This document shows positions 1 through 13,055 of a DNA stretch of 64,000 nt, one piece after another. The translations under genes were made by a program, and so were the position numbers. Numbering within the stretch: the first letter of the stretch is position 1; each line of letters starts with the position of its first letter. The DNA is from Babesia bigemina (Eukaryota). The notes beneath the pieces are model-generated. The model ran no database searches. It saw only the letters and a program-made list of their open reading frames with translations, and was not told the origin of the DNA. The DNA lies in contig NC_027216.1 of the NCBI RefSeq assembly GCF_000981445.1, forward strand, positions 1,984,001 through 2,048,000, read 5' to 3'.

Positions 1-305
1 TCTCCTCCACAGGGTAGGGCAACTTGTAGCGTTTTACACTTCGCAGGTCCCGCATCCGCACAAGAACAAACACGACTACAATGCCAAGATGGCAACCACA
101 GTCGGTCCGGAATGGAACACCAGCAAGATGCACGCTGAGTTGATACAGCCGAAGGTGGGTTTGCGTTACTCGGAAGCAACACTCTTCTCAGACGACTATC
201 GCGGTCGGCTCCGTGGTGAAGCCGATATCTGCCGAGGGCGCAAAGGAGTATGTGAAGCGCATGGGCAAGGTTCTGCAGCGGAACCGTACCCGAGCCAGGC
301 TATAG
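1..305 (+). CDS. UTP14: 3' end of U3 snoRNP-associated protein Utp14 (spliced; gene starts before the window)
   Basis: Removing GT-AG introns 14-46 and 155-191 gives LLHRVPHPHKNKHDYNAKMATTVGPEWNTSKMHAELIQPKTTIAVGSVVKPI...RARL*. This matches the Utp14 C-terminal PHP..Y....GPEWNT......P motif. Confidence 0.75.
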
Positions 306-666
306 CAGTACACACTTATTGCTTCAGACAGCTGTTAATGTGTATTCACATCCACGCATATTTTGGTAGCTGCGTACATTTGTCCATTTTAAATTGTCGT
401 AATGTTAGAGTTAGTGCCATGTGTATGAGTTTTGTGCGGTGTCTTTAGGCAATAGTACCGCGCAGCGTCAATCGTGCGGAGGCGCTGCCGGGGTGGGCGC
501 TCGGTGACGTTGATATAAGCATCGAAAAGCAGCCTTCTCGAATCAAATGGTCACTATAGCATACTGTATGCGCGTATTGGGTGGTTATTGAACGGTAATC
601 CATGCGGTTGTGTGTTGGTCGGTCGGTTCGCGCAAGCCTTCCTGCGCCGTCGTGAATTTATCTTCT

Positions 667-3358
667 ATGCGGCCTCGCATATCGAGATGCATCCCTCCTT
701 GGGAGGTGCACAGCCGCCAGGCGTATCAGCGCAGGAAGTCACTAGCTGCCAGAGCATGCCAGCCTCGAGAAGCTCTACACGTATTCTTCAAGCGGTGTAC
801 GAAGGCAATTGCTGATCACCGATTCGGGGTCCATGCAACACGACTTCTGACAGATGTTGTGCACAAGCAAGAGTTGCCAAGCGAAGAGAATATAGGGAAC
901 GCTGAGGTAGTGCATTCGGCATCGGCGGCCACATCCCAGCAGCCTGAAGAAGTTGTTCCATCGGATACGCCGGCAGCAGAAGATGCGACTTCGCTGGTTG
1001 ATACAACTCCGTTACTAGAGGATGTCAATGTTCGTTTGCAGTACCTGGGATATGTCGGCCTAAGCCGGCGTGACAAGCGCATGCTTATCGACTTCGTGAA
1101 CCGGATCGCCCCGTGCATTACTACTTCAGGCCATGCGCTGAAGTTTCTGAACTCTATGTCATGTGTTGTGAATGTACGGTGTCTGCCTTCGAGTTCGGTC
1201 ACTGGCGCCAACATCAAGTTGGCGTGCCGTGAGGCCTTCGAGTCACTCTTTCGCCGCCTGGACCGCAGCGCCGATGCGTACCACGTAGTGGCATCCTATT
1301 TGAAGCTCTGCGCATTTTACGGCGACGATATGTCTAACTTCTCTCCTGTGTATCATGATATGGTAGAGGCGGTAGTATCGGGGGATGTGTTTGTGACTGA
1401 GCGCCAATTGGATGACCTGCTCTTTGTGTATCAGCGCCTTGCCATATGCGATCGCCGCTTCATGAAGTACCATTCGGATCGTATTTCGCGCCACTTCGAG
1501 TGTTTCAGTGATGATCAAGTGTGCAACTTCGCACGGTACCTGGTCAAGAGCGTTCACGCTCGTGCTCGACCGCTGGACATAGGCGCTACGGCGGACTACT
1601 CGCGAGAATTCGACGCTTCGGATACTATGGCCCTTCTGGATGGGTTCGATGTGGCTTCGAGTTCATATGCACGCTGTCTGGAGTCACAACTGCCCGTTTG
1701 TCTGCACCAATACAGCTACTACAACTTGGTTGACCTCGGCGAGTTTTACAGCCTCTTCAACATTCAGAGCTCCGTTCGCGTGCGGTTTTCAACCGAGCTG
1801 TGGAAATATCTGTACACGCTGCGTTATGGCTACCCTATCAAGGCGCTTGTGGTAGGCGGTGCAAAGTTGTCTCTATAGTGTTCAGATTTTAAGCAAGTTG
1901 GGGCTTGGCGACAGCGCCACGTACGGCCGCTTGATACGCAACATACCCATGACCCTTGCGTTCAGGTGGCCATTGAATCTCGTATCCGAGTGTTTGATAT
2001 CGCTCGAGTGGGCAAAGAGTATGTCTGGTTATATGTTCCTATCAACACATGCCAGGTAGCAAGATCTACGTTATCCTTGCGCACTATCTTTCGAAGAATC
2101 TTTCTGCACAGTTCAACGCGCTCAATGTTGCCCGGATATTCGATTCGTTATGCAATAAGCGGGTAGCGTTGCTGGGCCTGTACCAGAAGGTGCTGCGCAT
2201 CCAGTCGCTGAACCCTGGGTGGCTGGGCTGCGAGGAGCTGTTGGCTGTGGCCAGGTGCTGTAGTCTGTCGAACGAATTATGTTACGCAGGTATGGAAAAG
2301 AAGTAGGATTCTCGTTAGCCGGTATATCCGGTATGCTTAAGGTCCAAGACTTAGATGGCATGGATTATCGGAAGGCCATAACGCTGCTTTACGTAATGGA
2401 AAACCCGGACGCAGCGTTGCTTAAGAGGTGCATACAGGCCATACATAACAAGGACACCAGCCAGTGTTTGGAGTTCGATTCACTGATGCAGCTCCTCAAG
2501 GCGTGCTATCGCCACAAGATTTGGCTATGCGCTTCGCCGCAGCTGGCATTGGAGGCGCTGAGGGACGTCGAGACTGTAGAGGCGCCAGTGTTGCTAGAAC
2601 TGCTCGATCTTCTTTCTCTAGCCGGTCCTATTGGGGAGCCCAATCTATTGGCGAGGCTAGAAGGGTATGTCGAACACGTCATCGCGGATCTGCCGCTGCG
2701 CACGGCTGGAAGGATGCTGTGGCTGTGCTTTTCGCTTGGTGTATTGCCGGATTCGGCGTGTTTCATATCTTTGCTACGCCGCTTCAACCATTTGTACGAG
2801 CCTTCCTACAACGAGGACCACTTGTTACAGGTGTGTGTTGTGTAGGTGTGTGGAAGCACGCGCAGGTACTTGGCGAGGCTCTGAAGCGCCTGAAGTCACA
2901 GACCGTCGAAGTACGAACCTTTCTGCGTCATTTGGAGGCTTTCAAGGACGTTTCCTGGCGACGCGAGCCTGCGGAAATCGGGAAGATTCGCGCGTTCCAG
3001 CGCAACGTCGGATGCAAGGCGTTCGTCTCGGTCTTCCCTTTCACTGCTGACGTAGAGGTCGACGCAACCGCGCTTTCAGACTACGTCACCCGCATTGGTG
3101 GCAGCAGCCTATCCTTGGCGGAGCCATGTCTGCAGTCCAGGAGTTCTTGGTGTGCTTCCTCCGACATTGCGGGCACCGTATTGCTGGACCTCTGCGGGGA
3201 CCCTTACGTCACGGTAGTTGAGCGAGACGGCAACGAGAGGCAGGCGCTCCGCTTTTATTACCAGTTACGGTACGTATTGTCTTGGGGTGTCTGAAATGTG
3301 CAGAGGCAGCTTGGTCGGTAGACCCTTCGCCCACCTCCTGGATTCCAGTGTTCACTAG
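667..3358 (+). CDS. Multi-exon hypothetical helical-repeat protein, possibly with a RAP-like C-terminal domain (organellar RNA binding)
   Basis: ORF-track pieces 610-1878, 1859-2059, 2049-2306, 2279-2845 and 2464-3294 join through short GT-AG introns. The body is Leu-rich and helical. The C-terminus (FPFTADVEV...VLLDLCGDPY...LRFYYQLR) loosely resembles a RAP domain. Confidence 0.6.
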
Positions 3359-3409
3359 CGTCGAATTAGGATATTGTCCGGGATCACTGTGCTCTTTATT
3401 TGAGAAAAG

Positions 3410-3904
3410 ATGTGGATGCATCATCTACAGGACCGTTACGGCAAGAAGTTTGACTGTGAACCGTCTGCAGCTGAACCGGACCCATTTCGTGAAGAGAGCC
3501 TAGGAAACGTGCGCAGATTATGGGTTCCGCCGTTCTTCGACGGTGACTTCCTTCGGCATGGATCAGCTGATCGCAAGGTTGCTCGCCGCCGCGGATGGAT
3601 GTTGTGTCTGTGTTCCACGTTCAGCATATGCGCCGTGTTTTACATGTGGTTCCACTGCTACAAGGCTTCTTGCCGCGACTGCTCCCTTGTAGCCAAGGAC
3701 TTGTCCGAAGCAACTGATGGGGAAGTGGAGTGCCATTGCTCCAATTGCATTGTGAATTTCTTCTTCAGCCCGCAGACCCACTTCGAGAAGTGCTACTATT
3801 CACTTCTCTTCTTCAGCGGTTTGGTCGTGTTTTACATCTTTTTGGTGGCAAGGTCTTTGGCGTTTCAGATTTTCCGCCATTCGAATCTGGCACAGCGGGA
3901 CTAA
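3410..3904 (+). CDS. Hypothetical membrane protein with two hydrophobic segments flanking a Cys-containing loop
   Basis: 164-aa ATG ORF with hydrophobic stretches WMLCLCSTFSICAVFYMWF and YYSLLFFSGLVVFYIFLVA. Confidence 0.55.
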   Translation: MWMHHLQDRYGKKFDCEPSAAEPDPFREESLGNVRRLWVPPFFDGDFLRHGSADRKVARRRGWMLCLCSTFSICAVFYMWFHCYKASCRDCSLVAKDLSEATDGEVECHCSNCIVNFFFSPQTHFEKCYYSLLFFSGLVVFYIFLVARSLAFQIFRHSNLAQRD

Positions 3905-3986
3905 CGGTGTTGTGCCGACTTGGGTTGTATGCTAGACAGCAGACTCTCACGTTTTGTGCGCCAGAAGAGGGTGCATGCGCATTTTA

Positions 3987-5665
3987 ATGGCGGCAGTGTT
4001 TCAAGTCATCAACGTTGCAAATGGTGCAGACGTCATTAGTTCTGCTGTTTCAGTGCCCTGGAGTGGATGAGTTATTGTTTCACGAACTCCAGGAGCATGG
4101 GTGGCCACGCTATCTGGTGGCGCAACGAAGAGAAACCCTCAATTGAATATATTAATGCAGCGATTACGTAAAGTTATGTGTGTCGGCAGCGCACTGCCAA
4201 TAAACGTAGATAAGAATAGACAGCGTGTGTTGCCTTTTGGTTCTACATACCCATTGAGGTTAACACCCTGGCCACGTGGTCCACGGGTGATCACTATAGT
4301 AACAATACCACTTCCAGAGTGCGAGGTACATATATCACACAGAATCACACCCAAGTGCGGCCACAGTGTGCGCAACACTCTCCGCCAAAAAGGACGTGAT
4401 CATCAGCCTATTCCTGTTGCCCCCGTTCTCGGGGATGGTGGCTGACGAACACTTTGAAAGCGTATCCGCAGCAGGCCAGAGACGGTAGTTTGTTGGCGAG
4501 AAGAATCACGGCAGAAGGTCGCGCAGGGTTATTATTCTGCTGTATAATATAGTGTACACATGGAATAGGCAGTATGTGATTTACGTTCAGAATTGCTGAA
4601 CGGTTAGGAAAACAGCGGTAGGACAAAGTGGCGGTTGCGACATTTGGGAATATCGGCATTGAGTCACGTGTGAAATGATACCGCATCTGCTCGTTCACCG
4701 GGAGGATAGTTTATCCGCTTGCGGCCAGATTCCCGGCATATCACGAGACATATTACACCTTTAGCTTCATTAAGCAGCTTATATTAAATTGAATGGTTAC
4801 ACCTTTGCAATAGTTGCGCTTTTAAGCAGTTTTGAAGAGCTGTACGACCGGCAGCTTCACACTCCCGAGTTGCCTTCTGCTCTCGGTGGTCACGAAGATT
4901 GAGCTGATGTAGTGTCTAGGCAGGGAGAATATCGAATCGTTGTCACTGAGACGTAGAAGCGGGCGAGTGGCCGTGTATGCCGCCGCGGGAGTTGACTCAG
5001 GGCGGCGTAGCTCCTTTACTATGGCGCCTATGGAGCGTTGTGCTTTACACATTCTCTACCTAACCTGTCAATTTTTGTTTGGTGCAGAAGTCGATGTCCA
5101 CCTCGCAGCGCTCTGTGTTCTGTGTACTATCAACTGCTTTCACCGTTACCGTTCTCTGGTGGGCACGTTTGAAGCTCCAATCGCATCAGCGCCTTCGCCA
5201 GCTCGTTTTTCAAACCGTTAGAATCGCAGTGTGTTAGCTTTGGTGCGTATAGAACCGGCTCAATCTGCGTATTGTTACACAGGCGCGTCGTAGTACTTAC
5301 CTGCAAATGGTATGTTGCGACGGTGTCTTTCGTCACTTTGTTGGTGACGACAATAGATAGCGCTATTAGCACCTTGTCCCTTAGTAGTTGGTGGAACAAC
5401 GTAGCAATCTGCACGTAATGGATCGATTGGTCCCGGTTTCGTTGTACCTCTTGTACGTAACGAATGACTGGCTGCTTTTGGTGGTACCTGTTCGTCCCAG
5501 ATTGGCACGATTCGTTCGCCGCTTACTTTACTGTTATTCCAAAACGCTTTGTGGCGACGAATGATTCTGCAGAAGGCTAAAATTCCAGTTAAGGTGCCTA
5601 CCCTGCGGATATATGCAATGCTTGTGAAACACGGCGTGTATGAGCGCTTCCACGAAGTTTCTTAG
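3987..5665 (+). CDS. Probable highly spliced hypothetical gene (exon structure unresolved)
   Basis: Many short GT..AG intron-like segments, and a plausible terminal exon IGTIRSPLTLLLFQNALWRRMILQKAKIPVK... No family recognised and boundaries are approximate. Confidence 0.3.
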
Positions 5666-6147
5666 CTCGCTTAAGATTTCCGTGTATCCGCAGTTGTACA
5701 TGGCTGCAGCCTTACGCCGCTGTGTCGGTAGTGTTAAAAGTTAGTAATATATACTAACTGCCATGTGCCCACCACCTTACGTTGTCTACTGTGGGGATGC
5801 CCATTACATAGCATGTCACTTTGCACACAACATGCACTGTGCACTGTAGGGTAAACAAGCTCTTTTGAGGGGCCTTGTGAGGCTCTAAGCGTCTTGTGTG
5901 TAAACACATTGCACATCACGCTTTCCACGTCTCTGGTGTAACTTTGTGTGTCACACCTGCATTTGAGGTATTAAAATGGCGTTCTTTTCAAGCTTAAAAT
6001 TGATGATTATGAAGTATTTTGTTCTGTCATATATGAATGTGTTGTTGTTTTGGTTAGTCACACCAAAAACTAGCAAGTATTCCACGTGATGCATGTGCAG
6101 ATTGAACTCCACGCCGACATAGCTCTACAATCATAAGCCTCGTAACC

Positions 6148-9100
6148 ATGCCTAGTTCTATGTTAAGAACTGTTTTGCGGCTATCCGTATGGATTTTGCC
6201 GCTGTTGGTTTTCAACAACTGTAACACGGCGAATACGCATCTGCAGGACACCTCAGGTGAAAGGTTAGCCCACGCCACTTTCTACATGACGCTGTACAGT
6301 GATCGTCTAGAATGGATAGCATTTGGTTTGGCTGATAAACTTAAAAATTCTACCGGTCTAGAAGCATGTCTTGTGAATGTAGGTTTGTTGGTGAAGGTTA
6401 CGTGAGGATGACATTCACATGAAGCATCGTGCTGTGTTCGACACTATGTTTATCAAGATTCGTATGATGGGTGAAGTGCTAGTTTGTTGGCGTATTTATC
6501 AGCTCCTAGAGGTGCTGGATTGTGCGTGGTTACATCAAACTTGCCGTGTTATTCTCATCGATAATCTTCAAATCATTTTAGATGCCAAGATTCAGCAAAC
6601 TGCTGTCCTCTCAGCACATGATGGAGATAGACCCTACAGTTGTTCAAATATACGTCCTGTACTCAACCAGCAAGCAAAGCATGCCACCGCCTCGGAGCGG
6701 AGTACCTGGCGGCGTATACGCCTCAGTGATGGATTGGATCATCAATAATAGGCGGCGTGATGATTATGAGCGCGATGCTGCACCCGTTGCCGAGAAGAAG
6801 CAATCGCCTGAGAAGGTACTGAAGCAGGTTTGGACGCCGGTGTCCCACCTGAGTCACTTCGCTTTGCTATATCACGAAGACGACATCATAAAACGCAATT
6901 CTTCGGTGAAACGCAGGAAGTTTAAAACTGTTGCGTCGCTGGCGAAGTATGTAGATGCATTTAACAGCTACAAAAAGGCAACCGTTAGTCCACCCTTAGC
7001 CAATAAGTTGGACCACAAATTGAAAGCCGGCACAAGAACAGGGGAGCACGATAAAGGTAAAAAGCCTGTTGTCCCAATTCGCAATGTAACTGAAGGTGCA
7101 AAAGAAGTTATATCTACGCAACCAAAAGATGCGAAAGGCGCTGGAAGGAATCAAGGAACTGGAACGTCGAACGTTGAAGGTGCCAATCAATTAGATATAA
7201 AAGCATCGAAGGATAACAAGGTCACCGTGCCAAATATCACTCCTGCGCAATCACAGCAAAAGGCTCGTAAGAACGACGGAAATGGCCACGAAAAGGATTC
7301 TAACCCAGAAGCATCGATGGCTTCAGCATCAATACCTGCCGTTAAGGCTACACGCGCTACTCCAGAATCAAAGGTATCATCCACTAATGCTCAAAGTAAA
7401 CAACCTAAACATGGTGTTGTGGCTAAGGTTGCGCCAGTTAGGCAGTCTCCGCCGGCAACGGGCAGTAAAGTGAAATCGGGGACTGGTTATGCCCATGAAG
7501 GTAGCAAAACAGCAACATCAAACAAGCCGCATGGTAATACCATAGCTGCCGTGTCTAAAGATAATGTTGCTGGCACATTGAATAGCCGTCGCAATCCTGT
7601 TAAGGTCGAGCCTGGCTCTTCTGGAAAAAACGTACGCCTGCCCGCCAAACCCGCCAAGGCCACCCCCCCGTCAATACCACCCAAGCCCACTCCTAGGACC
7701 TCTGTGCGCTCACGTCCTGCGGCGTCAGGCTCCGCTGGAGTAAAACCGGATAAACCCGTACATGGCAGACAAAATCCGCAGAAGCCGGTTGAACATAAGG
7801 TCGTTGATAAACAAGATTCTCACAGTGAAGTACTTCCAGACCATGATGCCAGTGGTATCAAGGATGTGTCAGCTGTTACGTATGCAGGCAATGACACTTC
7901 ATCTGAAGCAGGTAGTGCCGCGGTTGGGAATGTGACTTCTGACACCCATCAAGACACCTCTCCATGGCAGCCGGTTGTGGAACTAAACCCGGTTATAGAT
8001 CCGTTCGAGCGTGATACATGGATGCGAAAGGCGATGGTACGTCGCCGCAAGTCTAAATCGGAGAGCAAAGAGGACGAGTCAAACGAAGGCGCCTCTGTGG
8101 TAGACGGAATTGACACTGTGGGCAATGCGGAAGCCCATTTGTGCGATGACATAGCACATACACCACCTGGCGAGGAATCGTCGAACTCGTCGTTTGCCAG
8201 ATGCGACAATCAGTCGATAGATGGCCACTCTACCTCGTGCGACGCTGAGACGGCATCACGTAGACTCTTGAGCGCACGCATGTATGATATGTTTGACGAA
8301 GATGTGGACGACGGATATGCGGTAGATACCTACTTGGAGTATGCTGATGTCTACATGGGCCCTTCGGGTGCGTATGTTGATGGTGAAGGTTCAAGCATTT
8401 ATGCAGACGATAGAGATATCACTACCACCCGTGTTGCATACAACACACAACTGGTGCGCAGAGAAAACAATGGCGACTCGCTTATACACACGGGTACCCA
8501 AGACAATGTTGATTCGCTCGCTCCTGGTGATAACAATCTTAGCACCGCTTCACCTCCACAAGCGACATCAGGTCTAAGGCCCTCATCGGTTTCAAGCCCT
8601 GTCAACTATGCTAGTGGATCAAACCATGATACAATTACAAGCAACAATGATTCATCGTCTGGCTTGATGCACGAGTCTCTGCAGGCCCCAGAGCTATCTA
8701 AAAATGACAGTTATTCGGATGACGTGGGACCGCCTCCATCTTGTGCGTTGTGTCTGTCAGATGTACGTTCGGCGTGCTGTGACGTCGAGTGTAACGACGC
8801 CGTGACTCGCATTTTGAACAGCGCTAGTTTAGGTTTGAGGAACCCTATGCGGCAGTTGTGTCGCTCCAGTTCATGTAAAGTTTTGGACGATTTTATATCA
8901 GAATATGACGTCGACGAATCATTCAGAACATATTCCTCCCGGCGATTCGAATCATGGGTCCCTAACATAAAGAATATATTGCGCGAGTTAGGTGGTATTG
9001 AACACTTCCGGGATGATGGTTACGTATACGATATAGACCGCGGGTTGGTGGCGGACATCGTGGACTGGCATGATATGGGACCTTATGGCACTTATTTCCC

Positions 9101-9869
9101 ACCAAACCTGGTACTTCAGACGAGTAGGGATTTCATAAGTGTTGAGTTTGAAGGAAGTGATGGCAACGTGAACGTTGCTCACCGCGAATTGGGAGGATGG
9201 TTTGAGCCTCAAGCCATGGTTGTGCTCCGCAGCCGAAATACTATTCATCGTGATGCAGGGTGGGCACTGTCAGCCGATCCTGAAGGGGAAGAAAATGTTG
9301 ATGTCGAAATTGTTCCTGAAGAAAGGCGCCGTGTGGATGCTTCGGTGGACCTGGAGGATGCCTACCTCGATGCCATATCCCCAACAACTCCAACGCCGAT
9401 GCGCTATCCATTGTGGTACTACGTGTACATGAAAACCGGTTTCAACAGCGGTGCGAGCATGCGTAGTTCCACCTATCAGAAGCTGCTTAATGCGTATGAG
9501 GCTTACGTGAAACGAACCAAACGTGATATCAGCGGTGATAATTCAGCCATCGAATCCAGGTCAAGCACCATTGCAGGTGAGCTGCTCCGTAATATGGCAG
9601 AGTCAAGCCACCTTCCGATCGCCGATTCACTAGATGCCATTTCAGTGTTGCAGCAAGCTTACGGAAACATGCTAACTTGTCTTGGAGGTTTACATTCGGG
9701 GCGCATAATACACGAGACAACACTTCATGTCAGCAGGCGCGACTATATTTTCAATGTTATCGTGGCTTGGTCATGTTTGGCCGCGCTGATTACGATTATC
9801 TCATTGGCCACCGTAGTATCCATCCAGCTAAAACAGAGAACCGCACGCTTCACTTCAACTGGAAAATGA
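6148..9869 (+). CDS. Large predicted type I membrane/secreted protein with a low-complexity Lys/Pro/Ser region
   Basis: Signal-peptide-like exon at 6148 (MLRTVLRLSVWILPLLVF), small exons, then the 1095-codon exon 6582-9869 preceded by ttttag. C-terminal TM: YIFNVIVAWSCLAALITIISLATVVSI. Confidence 0.7.
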
Positions 9870-10757
9870 GGCGGTGTATGCGTGTGCTGCAATCAGCTTA
9901 TTTGCTTCTAAGACGCAAGATAGAACAATGTCTAAATGTGACTGGACTACTGAGTACCATTCAAGTGTAGGCAATCTAGACATAAGTATTCGGCTAACAC
10001 TTACGCACTTTCAATCTCATAGCCCACAAGATCTTACCTTAAACTGTTTGTTTCTACATAACCGCTTGCACGTGTCATGGTGCGATGTGATGCGTCATGT
10101 TGTAGGCTTAATGTGTGAAATGGAGTGGTTAATGAAATCCCGCGAAAGAACGGGAGCATAACGCAACTCAACTACCTATTAATCTTAGGTTGGACTGATA
10201 TATGGTGCATTCTGTTAAAATACATGCCAAAGTCTTTATATAATGACCATATACTAAATGTTTAGTGTACTAGTTATTATATGTCAATGCAGGGCGTCCA
10301 TCACTCATCTACAGTTGCCCGTGCCATTCGGTGGGTTGTAACATGGCCGTACCGGGTTGGTGCCTCAGGAGAGTGTAGCTCATTAAATGATGCATGAGCG
10401 TCATTTTCCAAACGCCTTGCCATATTGATACCTAACACGATGCATTGCTGCGTTGTTACGTGAAGAACATCCAAGCCATTTGTCCAGTGATCTGTGGGGA
10501 CAAGTATGCAGTCTACACTTAACCCCAATGGTCGTCGTATCTCTGTACTGCATGACACTCGGCTGTTGCATCTTTGCCGCCAGATGGGTGTCTGTGGTGT
10601 GGCCCTGCCGGAGCGGTCGAGGGAAGGGTTGGCAGCTTCACCTGTCGGCACGTAGGATATATGTATCACTCTTGTGTGGTGTGATGGCTAGAGAACGGCT
10701 GAAGTTAAATGATGAGGTACATTATTCATGTTTCGTGCAGGTTGACGACAGAAGAAA

Positions 10758-11108
10758 ATGACGGATAAGTGCCAGTGCACCAACAGCGATTCCTGTTCTC
10801 GAACCAACTGCACGTGCTGTATTGTGTGCTGTCCTAAATGTAAAAGTAATGATGGTTGTACACAGTGCAGGCAGCAGCAAAGGGCGAAAAAGGAATGTCC
10901 GCGTTCGAAGTGTCCGACATGTAAAAATATCTTGTTTTGTGGTTGTTCTTATTGTTTGAAAAAAAATGCTTTGATTTTTCTTCCCATATTCATCATCGTA
11001 GTAATTGTTTGTTCATGTTACCATTTCGGTCTGCTGGACATAACGTACCAAAAGCTGTCCGACATTCTCCCAACATCTCGACTGAGCTCCTACAGTGGAC
11101 TCTCATAG
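10758..11108 (+). CDS. Small Cys-rich single-TM protein (tail type SSYSGLS)
   Basis: About 17 Cys in the first 69 aa, TM LIFLPIFIIVVIVCSCY, tail nearly identical to that of 32911-33276. Confidence 0.8.
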   Translation: MTDKCQCTNSDSCSRTNCTCCIVCCPKCKSNDGCTQCRQQQRAKKECPRSKCPTCKNILFCGCSYCLKKNALIFLPIFIIVVIVCSCYHFGLLDITYQKLSDILPTSRLSSYSGLS

Positions 11109-12230
11109 GCTTACATAGCACACGTAGCCATGTCCCATTAGTTCATACAACATAAGCGGTGCTTACATTCAATCTTATGATTTAGATTTGAACGCGTTAA
11201 TGTATTTAATCTGCTGCACTCCTCAACCTGCTCCACATCAAATCGCATCTACATACTCCCTCATCACATCGCATAGCCGCTCAGTCACTACGCGCCGCCG
11301 CACGTGTCGGCAAACTTGCCAAGCTCACCTACCTGCAGCCTTGATAGACCACCTCACCACCGCTCACCTAACTCACTACCTAGCAACCAACCGCCTAACC
11401 TAACATTCACCCAGATATATCACCTAATGCCTACTCAGCAATATGGCAGTTACTGTAGTTCATGTATTGATAGGTTGGCTGTTTGGATTTCGAGTTCTGA
11501 TACCCGTTAAACGTGCCCACGTCCTCCCATGGTTCTAGTGGGCAGAGATGTTAGGTGATACGCCACCAATGTAGGGTTCTGAGGCGTACTCTGATAAGTG
11601 GCGTTCTGAACACTACTTAGATTCGTTGCTGACATGTTAGCTGCCTTGCGTCGCGTAGCGATGGATCCCATTGGGACTGACGTGATGGCCAGTGGACTGC
11701 GTGGTTATGTGAAATTGATTGTATGGGTTTATATACGAAACATATTAAGCGAGAAGTGTGGTATACATCAGCAATCATTAATACAGATATGTGATTACAT
11801 TCATAAGCGGTGGTGGCAACGTTGCACGGTATGTAAGAGGTGGAGTTGATCGAGCAACTGGTACCGGTTGACCTGCATGCCACGGACAGAACACCAGCCA
11901 CATGCGTTAACTAAGCACAACTTCAATTGTGACAGCATCATAGTGGTGATGTGACTGACCCTGCTTTAGACGGCGGTCACCTTGCTGCTAACGTAGCGCC
12001 GGTGGGAGACTATCAGTGTCCTTGCTGCGGTGCGTGTTCATGAGAGGTTGGTGAGTGAGTTGCATAGGTGCGTGGCTCATCTGTTGGTTGGTGGGTGCGT
12101 TGCTTGAGTGATTGATACGTTTGCAGGTTGAGGGAACTGGGAACGGCAGTGGTACGTGTTGCACTTGGTGAGTGCTGCTTGAGTGCTTGATATGCTTGCA
12201 GGCTGAGGGGACTGGGAGCGGTGAAGGAAG

Positions 12231-12809
12231 ATGGGAAGGGACATGTGGACGTGTATATGTGATACTGGATGTCGAAGGTCTGTAGTATGTAATTGCTGTG
12301 CGTGGTGTTGTCAAAAATGTACAAGTAGCGATGGTTGCTTTGGATGTATGGCACATTACCTGGTGCGCAAAGATGGCCGGAAACCATACAATTGCAACAC
12401 TTCGGTATGTCAGAGACAATGTGCAGGCAACGAGTACAAATGTAAATGCAAATGTTGTCTTCAGAAATGTAGTAGTAAAGAGAAGCCTGGCATCTGCATT
12501 CCCCCTCCCCCCGCTCCCCCGCCTCCCCTTTCTTCCACCGGTTCAGAGTCTTCCTCCGCTTCCTCCAGTGTCATCCCAGCCCCCGGTGTTGCCGGCGCTC
12601 GGTCCGGTGGTCCCGGTCCTGACGGTGAAGATATGTCTACCACGTCCCCCACTTTCTCCCCTTCCCCCGAAACCATCGCCGCCGTCATCGTTGCCATCAT
12701 CGTCGCCATCATCCTGCTCGACCTGTGCATCTTCCGCTTTCCGGTGGGCCGCAACATCCGCGATTTTCTCGTACGCAAGATACCCTTCTGCATCGCGTTC
12801 TACAGCTAA
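12231..12809 (+). CDS. Cys-rich, Pro/Ser-linker, single-TM protein (tail type IAFYS)
   Basis: CxC/CC/CxxC-rich N-terminus, poly-Pro linker, TM IAAVIVAIIVAIILLDLCIF. TM and tail are identical in protein to 34431-34955. Confidence 0.85.
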   Translation: MGRDMWTCICDTGCRRSVVCNCCAWCCQKCTSSDGCFGCMAHYLVRKDGRKPYNCNTSVCQRQCAGNEYKCKCKCCLQKCSSKEKPGICIPPPPAPPPPLSSTGSESSSASSSVIPAPGVAGARSGGPGPDGEDMSTTSPTFSPSPETIAAVIVAIIVAIILLDLCIFRFPVGRNIRDFLVRKIPFCIAFYS

Positions 12810-12868
12810 ACTCCGCAATTTGTTGGCGCTAACATCGTAATCCAAATCCCACTGATCACCTGACTGGC

Positions 12869-12938
12869 AACTGACATCTAATGTGCTAGACTACGTAAGC
12901 ATTGCGTTGATGAGTAATAACATGAGCAGTGAGTGACC
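12869..12938 (+). repeat. ~70-nt splice-cassette repeat, copy 1 of 4 (others 13075-13145 +, 15015-15085 -, 35015-35085 +)
   Basis: AACTGA(C/G)ATCTAATGT..(T/C)AG + 5 nt + 35-nt GTAA...GAGCAG + TGAG(G)TG in all four copies. Confidence 0.85.
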
Positions 12939-13055
12939 TCCAACCCCGCCCCTTACATCATCGCCGCCGTCGCCCTCATCATCGTCGTCATCTGCGTCAT
13001 GGTCTACTTCCGCATCCGGCCGTTCCACAGGGTGCGGTATCTACTGCGCAGCTGA
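12939..13055 (+). pseudogene. Orphan TM+tail module (no ATG start, no Cys domain)
   Basis: Translates SNPAPYIIAAVALIIVVICVMVYFRIRPFHRVRYLLRS*, homologous to the C-terminus of 15105-15581. Confidence 0.75.

Noticed and set aside
89..448. 119-aa ORF as an independent gene
   Set aside because: It is a Utp14 exon read through into an intron.
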